From Octopus sinensis (Eukaryota), in contig NC_043000.1 of NCBI RefSeq assembly GCF_006345805.1, positions 27,466,001-27,530,000 on the forward strand: a DNA stretch of 64,000 nucleotides, read 5' to 3'. Made by a program: the position numbers and the translations under genes. Shown in pieces: positions 24,870 through 42,130 of the stretch; within the stretch, counting starts at the first letter, position 1, and every line of letters starts with the position of its first letter. The notes below the pieces were generated by a model that saw only the letters and a list, made by a program, of their open reading frames with translations, was not told the DNA's origin and made no database searches.

Positions 24870-25300
24870 TGGGTATGGCGGGGGAGAAAGCAGATGCAAG
24901 GTCCACGGAATGTGCTCTGGCACGGACGGTGTGGATAGGGGTGAGGGGATAGCTATGTACGATGAAGTGGCGAGCCATGAGTTGAGACTGAGTCTCAAAT
25001 CATGATAGTCACTACAGAGCCTGCGTAGACGGAGGAATTGGGAATAGGGGATGGAAAGCTTGGTGTGTTTAGGGTGGGAGGAGGAGAAGTTGAGGCATGT
25101 GTGTGAGTCTGTGTGTCTTTAGTGGATGGAGGTGGTGAGAGTGAAGTGATGAATACTGACCGAAATGTCAAGAAAGGAGACAGAGGTGTCAGAGATAGTG
25201 CAGGAGAAGTGGAGGGCCGGATGGAAAGATTTAACAAAAGAGTGGAAGGTGTCTAGATGTTCGCGGGAGAGTGAGGTCGCACCGATACAGTCGTCAATGC
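24870..25300 (-). mobile_element. Penelope-like element RT fragment (xIDD motif plus thumb)
   Basis: CIDDCIGATSLSREHLDTFHSFVKSFHPALHFSCTISDTSVSFLDI...H*RHTDSHTCLNFSSSHPKHTKLSIPYSQFLRLRRLCS. Confidence 0.88.
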
Positions 25301-27460
25301 ATACATACATATTCATGCATATATGTGTGTGTTTGTGTGTGTGTGTGTGTATGTGTGTGTGTGTTTTCATTACTTCAGAGACTGTACAATTTATTTAGAG
25401 TTAAATTTACCGATCACCAGGTCCATCCATATACTCGTTGAGGCAAAATATCCCTTCATTTCTATAGAAGTCTTAAATTTCAATGGCACCTCGGAAAATA
25501 CCTTAACAGGACTCTACTTTTGCGCCAGACAAAAAAATACATGTGAAGACTTAGAATTCATTCCATTATGTCTTGGGATTAAACAGCAACATCAACAACA
25601 AAAAATGCTAATATATAACCGATCAACAATAATTTATCAGATAACATAATCTGACACTGAACAGGAAACCCATCTTTGAAAGGCAGAGTTTTTAACGCCG
25701 TGTATGTAACAGTTTTAAAATACGTTATGAGATGAACGCATGTGTGGGCATGGCAGGAGATGTGTTTTATTCGTTTATTGAGAGGGTGTAGCAATTCCAA
25801 TTTTGCTATTGTTCAGGGAGAGTTGGTATGCACCTCTCTATTTGAAGTTGTTTTCAGAGTGACGTAGTTGATGAGACCAAATCGAAATTAAATCGAATTT
25901 CATGCTTAGATATTAGATAAATACAATTTTTGTTATTTCTTTTTGTTGGCGTGATAGTAATCATTTGAAAATTAAATAATTTCTTCAATTGTTTTCCAAT
26001 GTTAACCTCTTAATTAGGCAGAATAAGATCAGAGAAAGTACCTCATTTTGCTATGTTCCTCCAGGGAAAAGTTTTAATATAAAATGAAATGATGCGGAAT
26101 AAGCATGTTTTACAGAGAATTATAAAAAGTGTTTTATATGAAAGGTCATTAAAATTAAGAATATTATATTAGTATAATGTTATCCACTAATAATTATTTG
26201 AGAGGGCGGTGGAAATTGACTATGAGATTAAAGCCCCCAGCTCGTTTCTTTTACATTGTGATGTATATTTATTATTATTGATCTAATGAGAGAAACACTG
26301 GAGCAAATTTCCCTATTGGTAGTGCAGAAAACCATTATCGTAATACATTTAATGATATATTACACCGCCTCTAGTTTCTACGATTTAACTAAATGCTCAT
26401 AAAAGAACTGCAAAGCCTATTTAAGTCAAATTCTAAGGATTTTAGGGAGATGTTAATCACATCAAATTAGAATGAAATATTAGGGTTTTTTTTTTACAGA
26501 ATTCATAGCTATAAAGAAAGTATAATTTAAATGTAAAACTATTGCTCAGATCATAAACACAGAAGTTCTGTATTTTCAACATACATTTACTTGTTCTGAT
26601 GATAGGACAGCTATTTGAATTGTAGAAGTCCGTTTCGAATGTAAATCTCCCGCCACTCTATCTTGTGTCTTTATCAACTGAAAGCCAGGTTACTACCTCC
26701 TACAAATCTCTTCCTTTTAGATGTACGCATACACCATTGACTTTGAATTTGCGTTTTCAAATGATGCGTAGAATCATTTATCTTTAAATAACCACACCAC
26801 AACCTCCACCAACACGCACACACACACACATACACACAGGCGCCTGAACAGGCATCATTGTCAGTAAAGATAGCAAATAAATAACATTAGAGTCATGGTG
26901 GTTATTACACCGCGCTTATTTTGAAATGCACTGTAAGTACTATACACTATTATGGACACTTTTAACAACTTACATTTCGGTATATGATGTAAGAAAATAT
27001 TTTATGTTGAAAATATTTAATGAAAATGGCTGAAAATACATTATAGGATTATTTTCAGTGGAATACTAAAACATAACTATCCTTGATTTATATTTGAAAC
27101 GCTAATGCATATTTAAACATATAATTCGGGTTCCATAAAAGTATTTGTAAATGATATGTGTGTGTATGTGTGTGTGCGTATGTATGTAAGAGTGTGTGTG
27201 TAGATTATATTTTAATTCCATTTCTTTACGCAAAGAGAATTACCTTGCCAGGAAAATATACTATAGTGTTTTTTAGTGAAGGAAACGGAGATAAAATATA
27301 TTATCTTGATGCATTTATTTTTATCTCATTTCATCTATACTATAAAGCCTTTAGTATTGGTAAAGTGTTACTTTTTCTATCTAGTTGGATCACTTCAGTG
27401 CAACGTAACAGAAGATCTAAGGAACTATTAATTGTATTAAATTAAACCATCATTTACTTA

Positions 27461-27766
27461 TGTTGTACTGTGAAACAGTATAAACTTCCCGGTAGAAACA
27501 GCCATTATAAATAGACCAGCATTCGGTCGTCAAGGGAAGGTCGAGAGTCGAAGAGAAGACAGTTGACAGTTCTCGTCGGTGTCTTGTGGCGCTATCAGCG
27601 ATGATAAGACAGAATAAGTTAGTGTATTACTATTCCCGTACGAAGAGATACAAAAGTATTTGATGACTAATAACTATTGTGACTACTAGCGTAAAACAGC
27701 AACTACAGTACAACGGCAGTTACGCATCACACCAGTGAGAGGATGCCTCTTTAAAATAACTTAACA
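27461..27766 (+). mobile_element. Possible solo LTR
   Basis: TGTT...AACA termini and internal TATAAATAG, about 306 bp; no convincing TSD. Confidence 0.25.
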
Positions 27767-27859
27767 GAAAGAGATTGAGTGATAGAGAAGTATATAAGGA
27801 ATGCATTTCTCTTGGCGGAAGTCATTATTGCTGATACTGCTTTGTTTGTTTGTTTGTTG

Positions 27860-28204
27860 AGCGGTCTTCGTCCAGAAGTCCGAAACGTGGCCCTTTGCTA
27901 TTCGTAAGACCTGCAGAAGAGAAAGCAGGTCAACCCCCGACACCGAGAGCATCGACGGATGGATGAATGCACATCCAGGCTCAGCGGTTGCGTAAGAAGT
28001 CGGGAACAATAAACAGGAAGAAAGAGTGTGAGAAAGTTGGAGCGAAAGAGTACAACAGGGGTCGCCACCACCCAACGCCGGAGCCTCGTAGAGCTTTAGG
28101 TGTTTTCGTTCAATAAACACACACGGCGCCCGGTCTGGGAATCGAGACCGCGATCCTCCGACCGGGAGTCCGCTGCCCTAACCATTGGGTAATTGTGCCT
28201 CCAC
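27860..28204 (-). mobile_element. SINE family C
   Basis: Homologous to 15940-16219. Confidence 0.85.
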
Positions 28205-28319
28205 TGCTGATACTGCTGATTAGTTGTGCGTAGGAGGGAGAGAGAATGACAGGGAAAGTACAACGACTGGAATTTTCAGGTGACTTGGATTAGACGATTA
28301 CATAAACCGAAGTACAAAT

Positions 28320-28565
28320 AAGAATATGTAATATTCTGAGTCCAACAAGCAGGTGTATTAGTTTGACGCTGGGGTAAATGAGAATATATTTTACGTTTGG
28401 AACCGATGCTCTTCAACAGAAAGGAATAAAAGAAAATAAACAAAGAGAGAATATAAAAAAGTTGTGGATTTAGCGATCAATTATGGTGATTGGTTGGGGA
28501 CAAAAACGTTTGACGGGTGAGGTAGAAAGGAGGGGAGAAAATAAAGTATTAGTGATCCCAAAACT
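28320..28565 (-). mobile_element. PLE-derived 3' repeat with decayed hammerhead-like motif
   Basis: Minus strand 'cctttctgttgaagagcatcggttccaaacgtaaaa'; same family as 56540-56660, 32440-32575 and 63640-63815. Confidence 0.55.
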
Positions 28566-29113
28566 AAGGTACGCGTGCGTGTGTGTATGTGCGTGCGTAT
28601 GTATGTGCGAATCTGTAGGTGCATGTGTGTGTTTGGATAAGGGCTAGTGACTTTGACGTGTGTGCGGATGATGGTTTGTGGATGTGCTGGTGATGATGTG
28701 TGGTGTGGGTGCTGGGAAGTGGTCAGTGCTAGTGTGCGTGTGGATTGGTGTGGGTGTGGATTGATGCGGTGGCTTGGGGTTTGACGGTCTGGACGTGTGG
28801 GAATGGGGGTAGGTGTATAGGGTACGAATGTGGGTTGGCGACGTAGGTGGGGATGGAGGTATGTGGTTAGGGTTGGGGTATGGGTGTGGGTGGAGGGGGG
28901 TTATCAATGAAGCGAGAAAGTGGTTAGGGGTGCGAGAGTGTGCGAACCACCCGTTTGTGAATATATAGAGAGTATATAGAACATTCGGCTATATTAAATA
29001 CATAATCAGAGAACATATACCACCCTCACCTAGATTTATAAAATTACGCTCGATGTCATTTCAAAAAGCGACTATCTTTATTGCCAGTTCAGCGTATATT
29101 TTCCTTCCTTCCT

Positions 29114-29153
<40 letters not shown>

Positions 29154-29976
29154 TCCTTCTTTCTTTCTTCTTTCTTTCTTTCGTTCTCTCTTATCCTTTA
29201 TCTCCCGTTGAGAACCGCTCGAGGTGTACCACAATTGTCGTGATATACCGACATTTTTCAAAGTCGTTATAATCTACCTCTCCATTTTTTCTATTACGAG
29301 AGATGCGCGTAAAAACTTGTTCACAACTCGGTTAAGTGTGATAGATGTTATATTTTGTTGAAGTGCATTCGGATTTCGTGTCTATGAAGGACAGAGTTCA
29401 ACGATGCTTCATGGCAATTATTTACACACTACACCACTACACATAACATTTTTTCCCTTATAGCTTCTCTATTTTCACCTTACAGATTTTACTAAAAATG
29501 CAGGAGAGGAATGTGTCAAAGCAGAATTTAAATTTTCACTGGCGAATACTTTCTACCTTTAAACATTTCCAAAAATGATATTTCGTATTTTTATATTTTT
29601 TTCGGAAAAATGATATAAAATGTTCATATAAATGATATATTTCTTTTTCGTTTTTTTTTTTCCAATTTATTTTTAATATTTTAATTTGCCTGTGTAGTTT
29701 CTAGAATTTGTTGTAGTGAGTTGTGTGACGTGATATATAGGATTGTTAGTTTATTCCTTAAGGGGGCGATCTTATATCGTGAACGCATTAATAGTCACGT
29801 CAGTAAACATTGCACTATGTTCGTGGTTGAATAATCGATAATAATACATTTGTTTGATAAAGGTAAGGTAATCATAATTAATTAAGTAGGAGTCAAATGT
29901 TATATTCCCAAGTTTCGAAGAATTTCATATATAATTACGTGGGATATACATACATACACATATATATATATATATA

Positions 29977-30021
<45 letters not shown>

Positions 30022-30159
30022 ATGTATGTATGAATGTTTGCTTGTACGTGTGTAAGCGTTTATGCACGGGGGCCTTGGTGTATGTTTGGTGTATGTATGT
30101 TTGGTGTATGTATGTGAGTAGTATACATATATGTGTACGTACATATGCATATGTACGTG

Positions 30160-30198
<39 letters not shown>

Positions 30199-30950
30199 AT
30201 TTATATATTTATATATACACTAAAACGCGAACACACATACACACACAAACGCATATATACACATGTAGTTATATGTATGTATATATCAATTTGTTTTATA
30301 TGCATACGCATGCTTTTCTGCTTTTTTCTTTCTTTCTCTTTCTTCTGTATGTAGAACTGTGTGTATATATCCCACAGTGCGTGTGTATTCACGTATATAC
30401 TCTCATAAGTCTGTAATTGTTTTCCACAACAAATCTCAACTAATATATTTTGTTTTTCCTTCAGATAAACAACACCTTCATGCATACTAATGTACCTATC
30501 ATAGCACTATCTCACCCTGATTGTCCTCTCACACAACAATTAGTCAACAGCCCTGCCCAAACAACCTCAACTCGACTCGTAAATAAACCGTTAATCGTAA
30601 TAAATTCGATAGAAAATATCTTGTCTACAAATCATTCCCCCATTCCAACATACATTGTACCATCCTAAAACGAGAGAGCATTATCTCTTTTGGCTTTAGT
30701 TTATATTCGCCACGTTCACTCTCCAGACATATACCACACAACAGTCTAATCAATATATTATACCTATAGCGATTCCTTTCACTAGAATTAAATTTTCAAA
30801 CAAGTATGAATAGTTTTTTTTTTTAGCAATCTGTCTCACCCACACAGCAAGAGAGAAATTCTGTGGCGAACCTTGTGATCTTTGAATTTATAGAGGTCAA
30901 AACCAAGCTACTACCACCACCTTTTTTTTATTGAAGAAACTTTCTGTATT

Positions 30951-31192
30951 CTTTCACTCTTTTACGTGTTTCAGTCAGTTGTCTGCGGCCAGGCTGGAGC
31001 ACCGCCTTTAGTCGAACAAATCGAGCCCATGACTTATTCTTTGCAGGCGTAGTATGTATTCTATCGGTCTCTTTTACCGAACAAATACGAACATCGGTTG
31101 TCAAGTGATGGTGGAGGGGTCAAAGGCGGACACACACACACACACACCACACACACACACACACTCACACACACACACACATACACACACAC

Positions 31193-31234
<42 letters not shown>

Positions 31235-31248
31235 ACACACACACATAC

Positions 31249-31282
<34 letters not shown>

Positions 31283-31321
31283 GTATAAACTGAAAGAAGC
31301 CCGTCATATGTGTATATATAC

Positions 31322-31366
<45 letters not shown>

Positions 31367-31545
31367 ATATATGTACATATATGACGGGCTTCTTTCAATT
31401 TCCGTCTACCAAATCCAATCACAAGGCTTTGGTCCACCCGAGGCTATAGTAGAAGACACTTGCCCAAGTTGCCACGTAGTGGGACTGAACTCCGAAACAT
31501 GTGGTCAGTTAGCAAGCTACTTACCACTCACCCAATCCTGCGCCT
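30951..31545 (-). mobile_element. SINE family A, full copy with expanded central microsatellite
   Basis: Both halves present on the minus strand. Confidence 0.88.
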
Positions 31546-31789
31546 CCCTATGATTAACCCTCTCACTTAACAGCGTCCTTACTATTTTCATACCTGATTG
31601 TAAGCATACGTAGAAATTTCGATGCCATTTTAGATGATGTACGGCAGGAGAATGATGTTATTCGTTACCTCTATCGAAGTATACTTCTATCAGATGATGT
31701 GATATAAGTTATATCACTTGATGAATGTTTTAGATTTTAAACCTCTTCAAAATTCATAGAAAATTTTCAACTCAGGCGTGGCACAAGCA

Positions 31790-31950
31790 TAGCTCTGTGG
31801 TACGAAGCATTCTTCACAACCACATAGTTCTGGGTTCAGTCCTACTGCGTGCCACCTTCGGCTAGTATCTTCTGCTATAGCCTCGGACCGACCAATGACT
31901 TGTGAGTGGATTTGGTAGACGAAAACTGAAAGAAGCCTGTTATATATATA

Positions 31951-31981
<31 letters not shown>

Positions 31982-32210
31982 AAATAAAACAAAATAAATA
32001 AATATGTGTGTGTGTGTGTGTATGTCTTTCTCTCCCTATCACCGCTTGGCAACCGATGTTCATGTGTTTACGTTCCGTAACTTAGCAGTTCGGCATAAGA
32101 GACTGATAGAATAAGTACCACGGTTTAAAAATAAGTACTAGAGTACTAAAAAATGAAATCAAAGAGATGCTTCAGCATGACCGCAGTCAAATGACTGAAA
32201 CAAGTAAAAA
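31790..32210 (+). mobile_element. SINE family A, full copy
   Basis: 5' half, (TA)n, and 3' half. Confidence 0.82.
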
Positions 32211-32272
32211 AATATATTTTAATCTAGATCATTAGTAAGGAGAGACACACAAAGACGAAGTAAGAACGCTAA

Positions 32273-32317
32273 GGACCACTGATGAGGTCACAGAAGTGTG
32301 ACGAAAGAACTCTGGCC
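32273..32317 (+). ncRNA. Minimal type I hammerhead motif with canonical CUGAUGA core
   Basis: cca-CTGATGA-g-gtcac(agaagt)gtgac-GAAA-g(aa)c-TC-tgg; one inserted nt after A9; very short stem III. Confidence 0.6.
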
Positions 32318-32567
32318 GAAATACATTTAATATAAAATACACCTAAAGCAAGTGAACACCAACTATATAGTGCGAGTGATTTTATTGTCTGAACTGGCAA
32401 CATGACCATCCCCAAATACACCAATATATATTCTCCATGATAGATCGCTAGACACTACACATTGTCTACGTCATCTTGTTTTTTCTATGTTCCTTTCTAT
32501 GGAAGGAACAAGCCTTAAACTAATACATTTGTTTGTTGTCTTTGTCTTTTGCTTTTTTGTGAATTCT

Positions 32568-32618
<51 letters not shown>

Positions 32619-32645
32619 AACACACACACACATACACACACACAC

Positions 32646-32688
<43 letters not shown>

Positions 32689-33029
32689 ACATACATATGT
32701 GTATGTATATATGCCTGTGAATGCACAGAAGATCCTTATTCCTGTATACACTCACATGCACATACACATTATCATGTACATATAGGCGATGGGTGGTTTT
32801 GTAGGGTCATAATATCCTTATGCTTCTTTGATTTAAGTGCCGTATACAATGAATTTAATTTGTTTAAAACACAAATCTCCTGCCAGCATTTTATCGTATT
32901 CATTTTAATGATTTACTGAATTCTCAGCAGTTAATAATTTAAAAAAAAATTTAAATTGGATGATGAAAGATGAAACTACTTTCTTTGGACAGCTGAGTTA
33001 AAATCTGCCAGTGTTGGTAAAAGAAGAAT

Positions 33030-33620
33030 TAGAATCCGTTGCAATATTGATGTACTTTTTCAGGAATTCACTAACTAACTAGATGAAGGAGTTCAAAGAA
33101 TCTGGTACCGTGAATCATTAACGGAGAAAAATTGTAGCATCCGTACAAAGATCCCTTTTTTCGAAAGTTCACGTAAATCAAAATAACGGGCTTCCTTGGA
33201 TCCTTGGAGTTGAGTCTTTCAGAATTAACGGTGCGTAAAATTCTCCGATCGAAACTTCACATGAAAGCTTATAAAAATCAAGTGCATCAAATGCTGCTTC
33301 AAGTGGATTATCATGCACGATTAACGTTTTGTCATCAATTTTACGAAAACTTGGACGAAGACACTATTTTTTTTTTTCTCATTTGATATTTTTCAGAGAA
33401 AGGAGCATTTCACATTACTGGTAATTTCAACAAGAATAACTAAGACATATTGAATATTCAAAAGCCTTGGGAAGTAGAGGATCAAGAAGGTAATTCTTCT
33501 CAGGTGAATCAGGAAAACATCGCATCACTGGGTCATTTTAACTAAAAGATCAGATCGTTAACGGCCACAGTTATTTCAAAATGCTATGCCATCCCTTTAT
33601 CCAAGAACTTACTCGGTTAA
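33030..33620 (+). mobile_element. Tc1/mariner transposase remnant (HTH to first Asp region)
   Basis: LSELTVRKILRSKLHMKAYKNQVHQMLLQVDYHARLTFCHQF...FSEKGAFHITGNFNK. Confidence 0.75.
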
Positions 33621-33779
33621 AACATCTAGGGTATGGAATACTGCATAATCATTAAAAAACTTACCATTTTGGTGTTTCAGAGTTAGGGAAAACTCTTATC
33701 ATTATATTCTTTTACATGTTTCATCCCTAAGGATGTGGCCATGCTGGGGCACCTCCAGTGTTATTACCAATTTAACAGC

Positions 33780-34200
33780 TAGTCCTGCGTGATTGGCTTC
33801 TGGTGAAAGAGGGCGTTTGACACTTCTGCACTCTTTTGAGTCTCCTGCCTTGAATAGAAGTAGATCAAGTTTTTTCTTGAAAACACCAGCCCCTATTCCA
33901 TGATGATTACTCTCAGATATTTTGGTAATGCGTTAAATAGCTGTGGACCCTTGAAATTCAAGCTGTTACGGAACCTGGTCTTCACTCTAGACCTTTGGAA
34001 CAGTATAGTGACGTACAGTTCGGGGTCTGGTATAGCTCTCCATTCCAAAATGTGGTAGCAGTCCCTCTAGGATCTTCCATACATATATCACGGCATAGCT
34101 TTACCGTCTTCTTTACAGGGAGTTGGTTCGTAGCCCTTTTAGTCTCTCCCAGTTGCTTAGCTGTTTCATTGATACAGTATTCCGGGTGTAACATCACTAA
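33780..34200 (-). mobile_element. CR1/L2-group LINE 3' fragment
   Basis: WERLKGLRTNSL*RRR*SYAVIYVWKILEGLLPHFG...NSLNFKGPQLFNALPKYLR...GVFKKKLDLLL. Confidence 0.85.
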
Positions 34201-34514
34201 ACTACCTCAAGCTCCAAGATTTCTTCAAGAAAATCGAAATCTTCGTTTGCATGATATGTAAATTTTCTGCAATTACGTTTCATTTATTAAGGTCAAATGT
34301 AAAGTTAAGTCTTTATTCAACTAAACTTTTGCAAACAACTTCTTGATTAAGAAATTTAAGGAGATTCGGGGAATAACTAAAAAAAAAACCCACTCTGTTA
34401 AAACATATTCCTAGATTTTGAGATACTCGGCAGTGTTTGTATATGTAAGGAAAATGGTCACGTTGGGAAAGACAAAGGAATGCACAGATATACATACACA
34501 CACATACACACACA

Positions 34515-34564
<50 letters not shown>

Positions 34565-35394
34565 CGAGCGTGCACATGTATTTTCGGACGTGACGTGAGG
34601 GAGTTGGAAGTTATAATAAAGCCGGACATCAAGACTGATGTATTATATATATACGATGGTCTCTCCCGTCGAAGACGACCTATCAGTGTCTATTTCTGCT
34701 GAACGATCAGTACTAAATTATTTGTATATAGTGATCTGATATATGTGGTATGCAATAGGTCACTCTTTCCGTCCAGTCGGGGTTGCAGGAATAGGTGCAG
34801 TATGTACCATACGCCTGATGTTGAAGCGATGGAGAGCAACGTGCGAAGTGTTTTGCTCGAGAGTACGACGCAACAGCCAACCTGGAAATTAACACTGCGT
34901 CCTCCTCATCGTTACCACAGCATCTTAAGTAGCAATACAATATAAATATATATACATATGTGTGTGTGTATGACTGTGTGTATACATGTATATATATTAT
35001 ATCATACCTTGATACTGAGTGGACTGAGAACCCCGCTGACAGGCCGCTCGTATTTATAGTGTGTTAAGCACTTTCGGTATGCAAATTAGGGACTCCTTCA
35101 TAGAGTATATAAACAGTTTGGTTGCTTGGTTCTACGTAGACTGACATGGATGACTGATAAGAAAACAATACGGTCCAAAAATCGTTTAAGGTTGTTCATC
35201 ATACCTTTTTCAGTCTGCAGAGAAATGGATAAAATTTGCTCTGTTTATAATTTTTCCACACGTTACATATATGCATATATATATATATATATACATATCA
35301 TTTTTGCATATACATAAACACGCGCATATGTTTGCTCGTATTTGTGTGTGATTTCCTCTTCCATGTCCCCCTCCCGTTCTCACACATTTTACTC

Positions 35395-35797
35395 TTTACT
35401 CTTTTACTCTTTCACGTGTTTCAGTCATTTGACTGCGGCCATGCTGGAGCTCCGCCTTTAGTCGAGGAAATCGACTCCAAGATTTATTATTTGTAAGCCT
35501 AGTACTTATTCTGTCGGTCTCTTTTGCCGAGCCGCTAAGTTACGGCGACGTAAACACGCCAACATCGGCTGTCAAGTGATGTTGGGGGAACAAACACAGA
35601 CACACAAGCACACACACACACACATACATACATATATATATATATATATACATATATACGACAGGCTTCTTTCAGTTTCCCTCTACTGTATTCACTCACA
35701 AGGCTTTGGTCGGCCCGGGGCTATAGTAGAAGACACCTGCCCAAAGTGCCACGCAGTGGGACTGAACCCGGAACCATATGGTTGGTAAACAACTTAC
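35395..35797 (-). mobile_element. SINE family A, near full copy
   Basis: Both halves present on the minus strand. Confidence 0.85.
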
Positions 35798-37019
35798 TTT
35801 ATTTCAAAAATTTTGCCGTAAAGGCACGATACAGAGTTGCTTGCGGTCTGAACAAAGACATTGATGAGGTGAATGATGATAAGGATGATATTAATGGGAG
35901 AAGACAAAAAATGCCCGCCGATCTTTTGCTTCTCTATGCAATCTACTTACCACACACCCACTCCTGAGCCCATTTTGCCTAATTTTCGCTACCATTTCCA
36001 ACGCGAGAAAAAAAAAGATAACACTTAAAAGACAATAAGATTTCTCAGACTTCAGAATCTGGAGAATAGGTAAGTATTTCTGTCTCAAAATTCACCATCA
36101 GCACGACAATCGCCCTGACTTCCCACCAGTACCCAAAGGATATAGACTTATACAAAAGAGGGTTTAATTTGCTTATACCAAATAGGTTTAGCTGTTTACT
36201 TGCTTTGTTTTTGCCTTCTAAAGACGAAAATTTTCTTTAAAATTTGAGGGAATTGTGAGGTTGTGAAATAAAGTTACACAATATACCGATAATTTCGCTG
36301 CAACGAAAAATTCTAAAGAATATTTCGGTTTAATCGGAAGGAAGCCGTTTAGACGTTAAAGTTGTTTGTCCAGTAATATCAGAGGAATATCTGTATCTTT
36401 GGTGTGGCAGCAAACATTGATTCTAATACCGTTGTTGGATGATTTATGTCTAGTCTTTTCATCTGAATGTTGACTACACCCCACTCAACCACTACCACCA
36501 CCACCACCACTACCACCACCACCACCACCACCACCACCACCACCACCACCACCTACTACTCTCATCACCGCCATCACTAATATTTCTGCTGCTGATCCGG
36601 TTGTTTTCTTCTCTGGTCTCCAGTACCATTGCCGTAATTTTAGCCACAGCGGCTCTCATCCCAAACACCATCTTCACAACTACGACTGCAACAACCACTA
36701 TCATGAACAGCACCATTACAACCACCAATAAAATCGCTATCGCTTAACAAATGCACTGAATACCCGGCGTATGAGTGTATCTGTACTCCTGCCGAAGAAT
36801 AATATTGTCTATTGGAGACAGCTAGGATTTTAAGATGTGTTGGTTATCTTCCACCATAGTTAATATACAAGTCTTATAATCTTCAGGAAAGAGACGTTGT
36901 GAGACCCTTGAAAACAGGTTGTTGTCCGCACTTACGGAATCGACCAGAGCAATATAATAATAATAATAATGATGGTGATGATGATGATGATGATGATAAT
37001 AATAATAATAATAATAATA

Positions 37020-37103
<84 letters not shown>

Positions 37104-37161
37104 TATGATTTTGTGCTGCAAGATTCCTGATGAGATTTTTTTTTAAAAAGAAGATGGAGAG

Positions 37162-37206
37162 TGTCGCTGAAGAGGTCACAGATGTGTGATGAAAGATTTT
37201 CGGACA
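37162..37206 (+). ncRNA. Hammerhead-like motif related to 32273-32317
   Basis: tgtcg-CTGAAGA-g-gtcac(agatgt)gtgat-GAAA-gatt-TT-cggaca; stems partly decayed. Confidence 0.45.
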
Positions 37207-38200
37207 ATATATATATATATATATTATATATATATATATATATTATATATACACGACTGGCTTCCTTCAGTTTCTGTCTACCAAATCCACTTACAAGGTC
37301 AGCCTGAAGCTATAGTAGTAGACACTTGCCCAAGGTGTCATGCAGTTGGACTGAAACCCGAACGATGTGGTTGGGAAGCAAACTCCTTACTGCACAGCCA
37401 TTCTTGTACCTATGTACATTTAATGAATAAACGTACGTTGCGCAGTAAAATGAGCATTGTATACATAGCTGGAAACCACACTGTGCGATATAAATTATAT
37501 GACAAAGCAGGACCTGCTTAAATGTACTTTTGAACATCCTTCGTCATTTTGTATAATTCATTTTTCAAGCTTGCTTCGAAAAGATAATTCAAATGAGATA
37601 TTTTTACATGAATTACTCTGCCAAGTAGCCACATTAGTTATCCTTCCTAATCAGTGTCTCTAGTATTTTTTCCGGGATATAAGTAAGCATTGGGACTCTG
37701 TAAGTATTGTTCTGAGTATACAACAGTTGCCAAAATCCCAATGTTACGCATACATTTGAACATTTATTTTGTTGGAATAAATAGAGATGAATACCACATT
37801 ATCAACATTGTAACCACATTCAGATATAACGGTATCGGCGTGATACAAATGTTTTCTCTTCATTCACCTTCATTACTATTAATAAGATAAAATGACCATG
37901 ACGAAGCTCTCTTGACAAATACCAAATCCATATAGAATACATTAACGTCACCTTACATAGTATGTGAATATTGTTAGACAGCAATACAGCTTTCATTGGA
38001 GCGTTCAAGTTCTTATAAGGCGTTTGTGTGGGCTAACTACGTGGCGTTCATATTTTGCTTCATTTGAAAGGCTGTTCATGCATATTGTCTCTGATTCTCT
38101 TTCCAGTTATTTTAGACAAAATATCCATATCAATCTCTCTCTCTTTCTCTCACTCACACACACAGACACATATACACACTCTCCCTCTCTCTGTATATAT

Positions 38201-38245
<45 letters not shown>

Positions 38246-38328
38246 GTATATATGTGTGTTAATATATATATATATTATATATATATATATATTATATATA
38301 TATATATATGTTTATATATGTATATATA

Positions 38329-38369
<41 letters not shown>

Positions 38370-38536
38370 GAATGAAACAAAACCGCAAAAGGGGCATTAA
38401 AACTTTCGGACAGATAGACAACACAAAGGCGGAAAAGAGAAACAGCAATTACTAGGACAGGCAAAAGAAGGGGTCATTCTTGGTGTTCTTCATCAGTCAA
38501 GTACCAAAGGTCACGACAATTTCGTACAGTTACGCT

Positions 38537-38583
<47 letters not shown>

Positions 38584-38594
38584 TATAGATATAG

Positions 38595-38705
<111 letters not shown>

Positions 38706-38859
38706 TAGATATAGATATATAATCGTGTTTTAAGTTATATTTTGCTGCTTGTACATACATACTCATCACTAACCTTCAGCATGACTCTGTGGACCACCAA
38801 AAAGCACTCCCACAGAAAGCACCATTACAACCATCGCCAGTAAGGGCCAACAACACTAC

Positions 38860-39057
38860 CTTTTATCTTTTATCAATTACTTGCTTTAATCATTAGACTA
38901 CGGCCATGCTAGAGCAACGCCTTGAGTAACTTTAAGTCGAACGAATCGAGCCCAGTACATTTTTCCTAAATACTGCTTCTTATTCTGTTGGGCCTTTCTA
39001 GATTATGAAGACGTAAACGAACGAACACCGCTGGTGGGAGACGCATACACACACACA

Positions 39058-39101
<44 letters not shown>

Positions 39102-39347
39102 TAAATATTAGGGAATAAATCCAAATTTACAGGGAAAAATCAATTTAGGATTAAATCCAATTTTATAGTAAAATATTATAAAATATTATTAGAGACAAAA
39201 CCACTACTTTGCAAAACAAACAAGGAAAGACTTAATCAATACATAAAATTTTAATAAATAGTCAATTTATTTATTAAAATTTTATGTATTGATTAAGTCT
39301 TTCCTTGTTTGTTTTGCAAAGTAGTGGTTTTGTCTCTAATAATATTT

Positions 39348-39392
<45 letters not shown>

Positions 39393-39529
39393 CGATGGGC
39401 TTTTTCCAGTTTCCATTTACGAAATCTACAAACAACTCTGCTCAGCTCGAAGCAAATGTCGAAGACACTATTCCAAGATACTAGGCAGTAGGACCAAACC
39501 GGGAGCCATCTGGTTTTGAGGCAAACTCG

Positions 39530-39530
<1 letters not shown>
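38860..39530 (-). mobile_element. SINE family A with a foldback element inserted in its central (TA)n
   Basis: 3' half ~38860-39055 and degraded 5' half ~39390-39530, with the insert 39098-39351 between (TA)n runs. Confidence 0.7.
39177..39351. repeat. Perfect palindrome (84-bp arms, 7-nt loop)
   Basis: 39177-39260 is the exact reverse complement of 39268-39351; loop gtcaatt. Confidence 0.95.

Positions 39531-42130
<2,600 letters not shown>

Noticed and set aside
25861-25900. TTGATGA...GAAA hammerhead-like words
   Set aside because: Stem I does not pair and stem II is only 2 bp.
29757-29830. TTAA-GGGGGCGATC start resembling a Kolobok/piggyBac terminus
   Set aside because: No matching second terminus found in the window.
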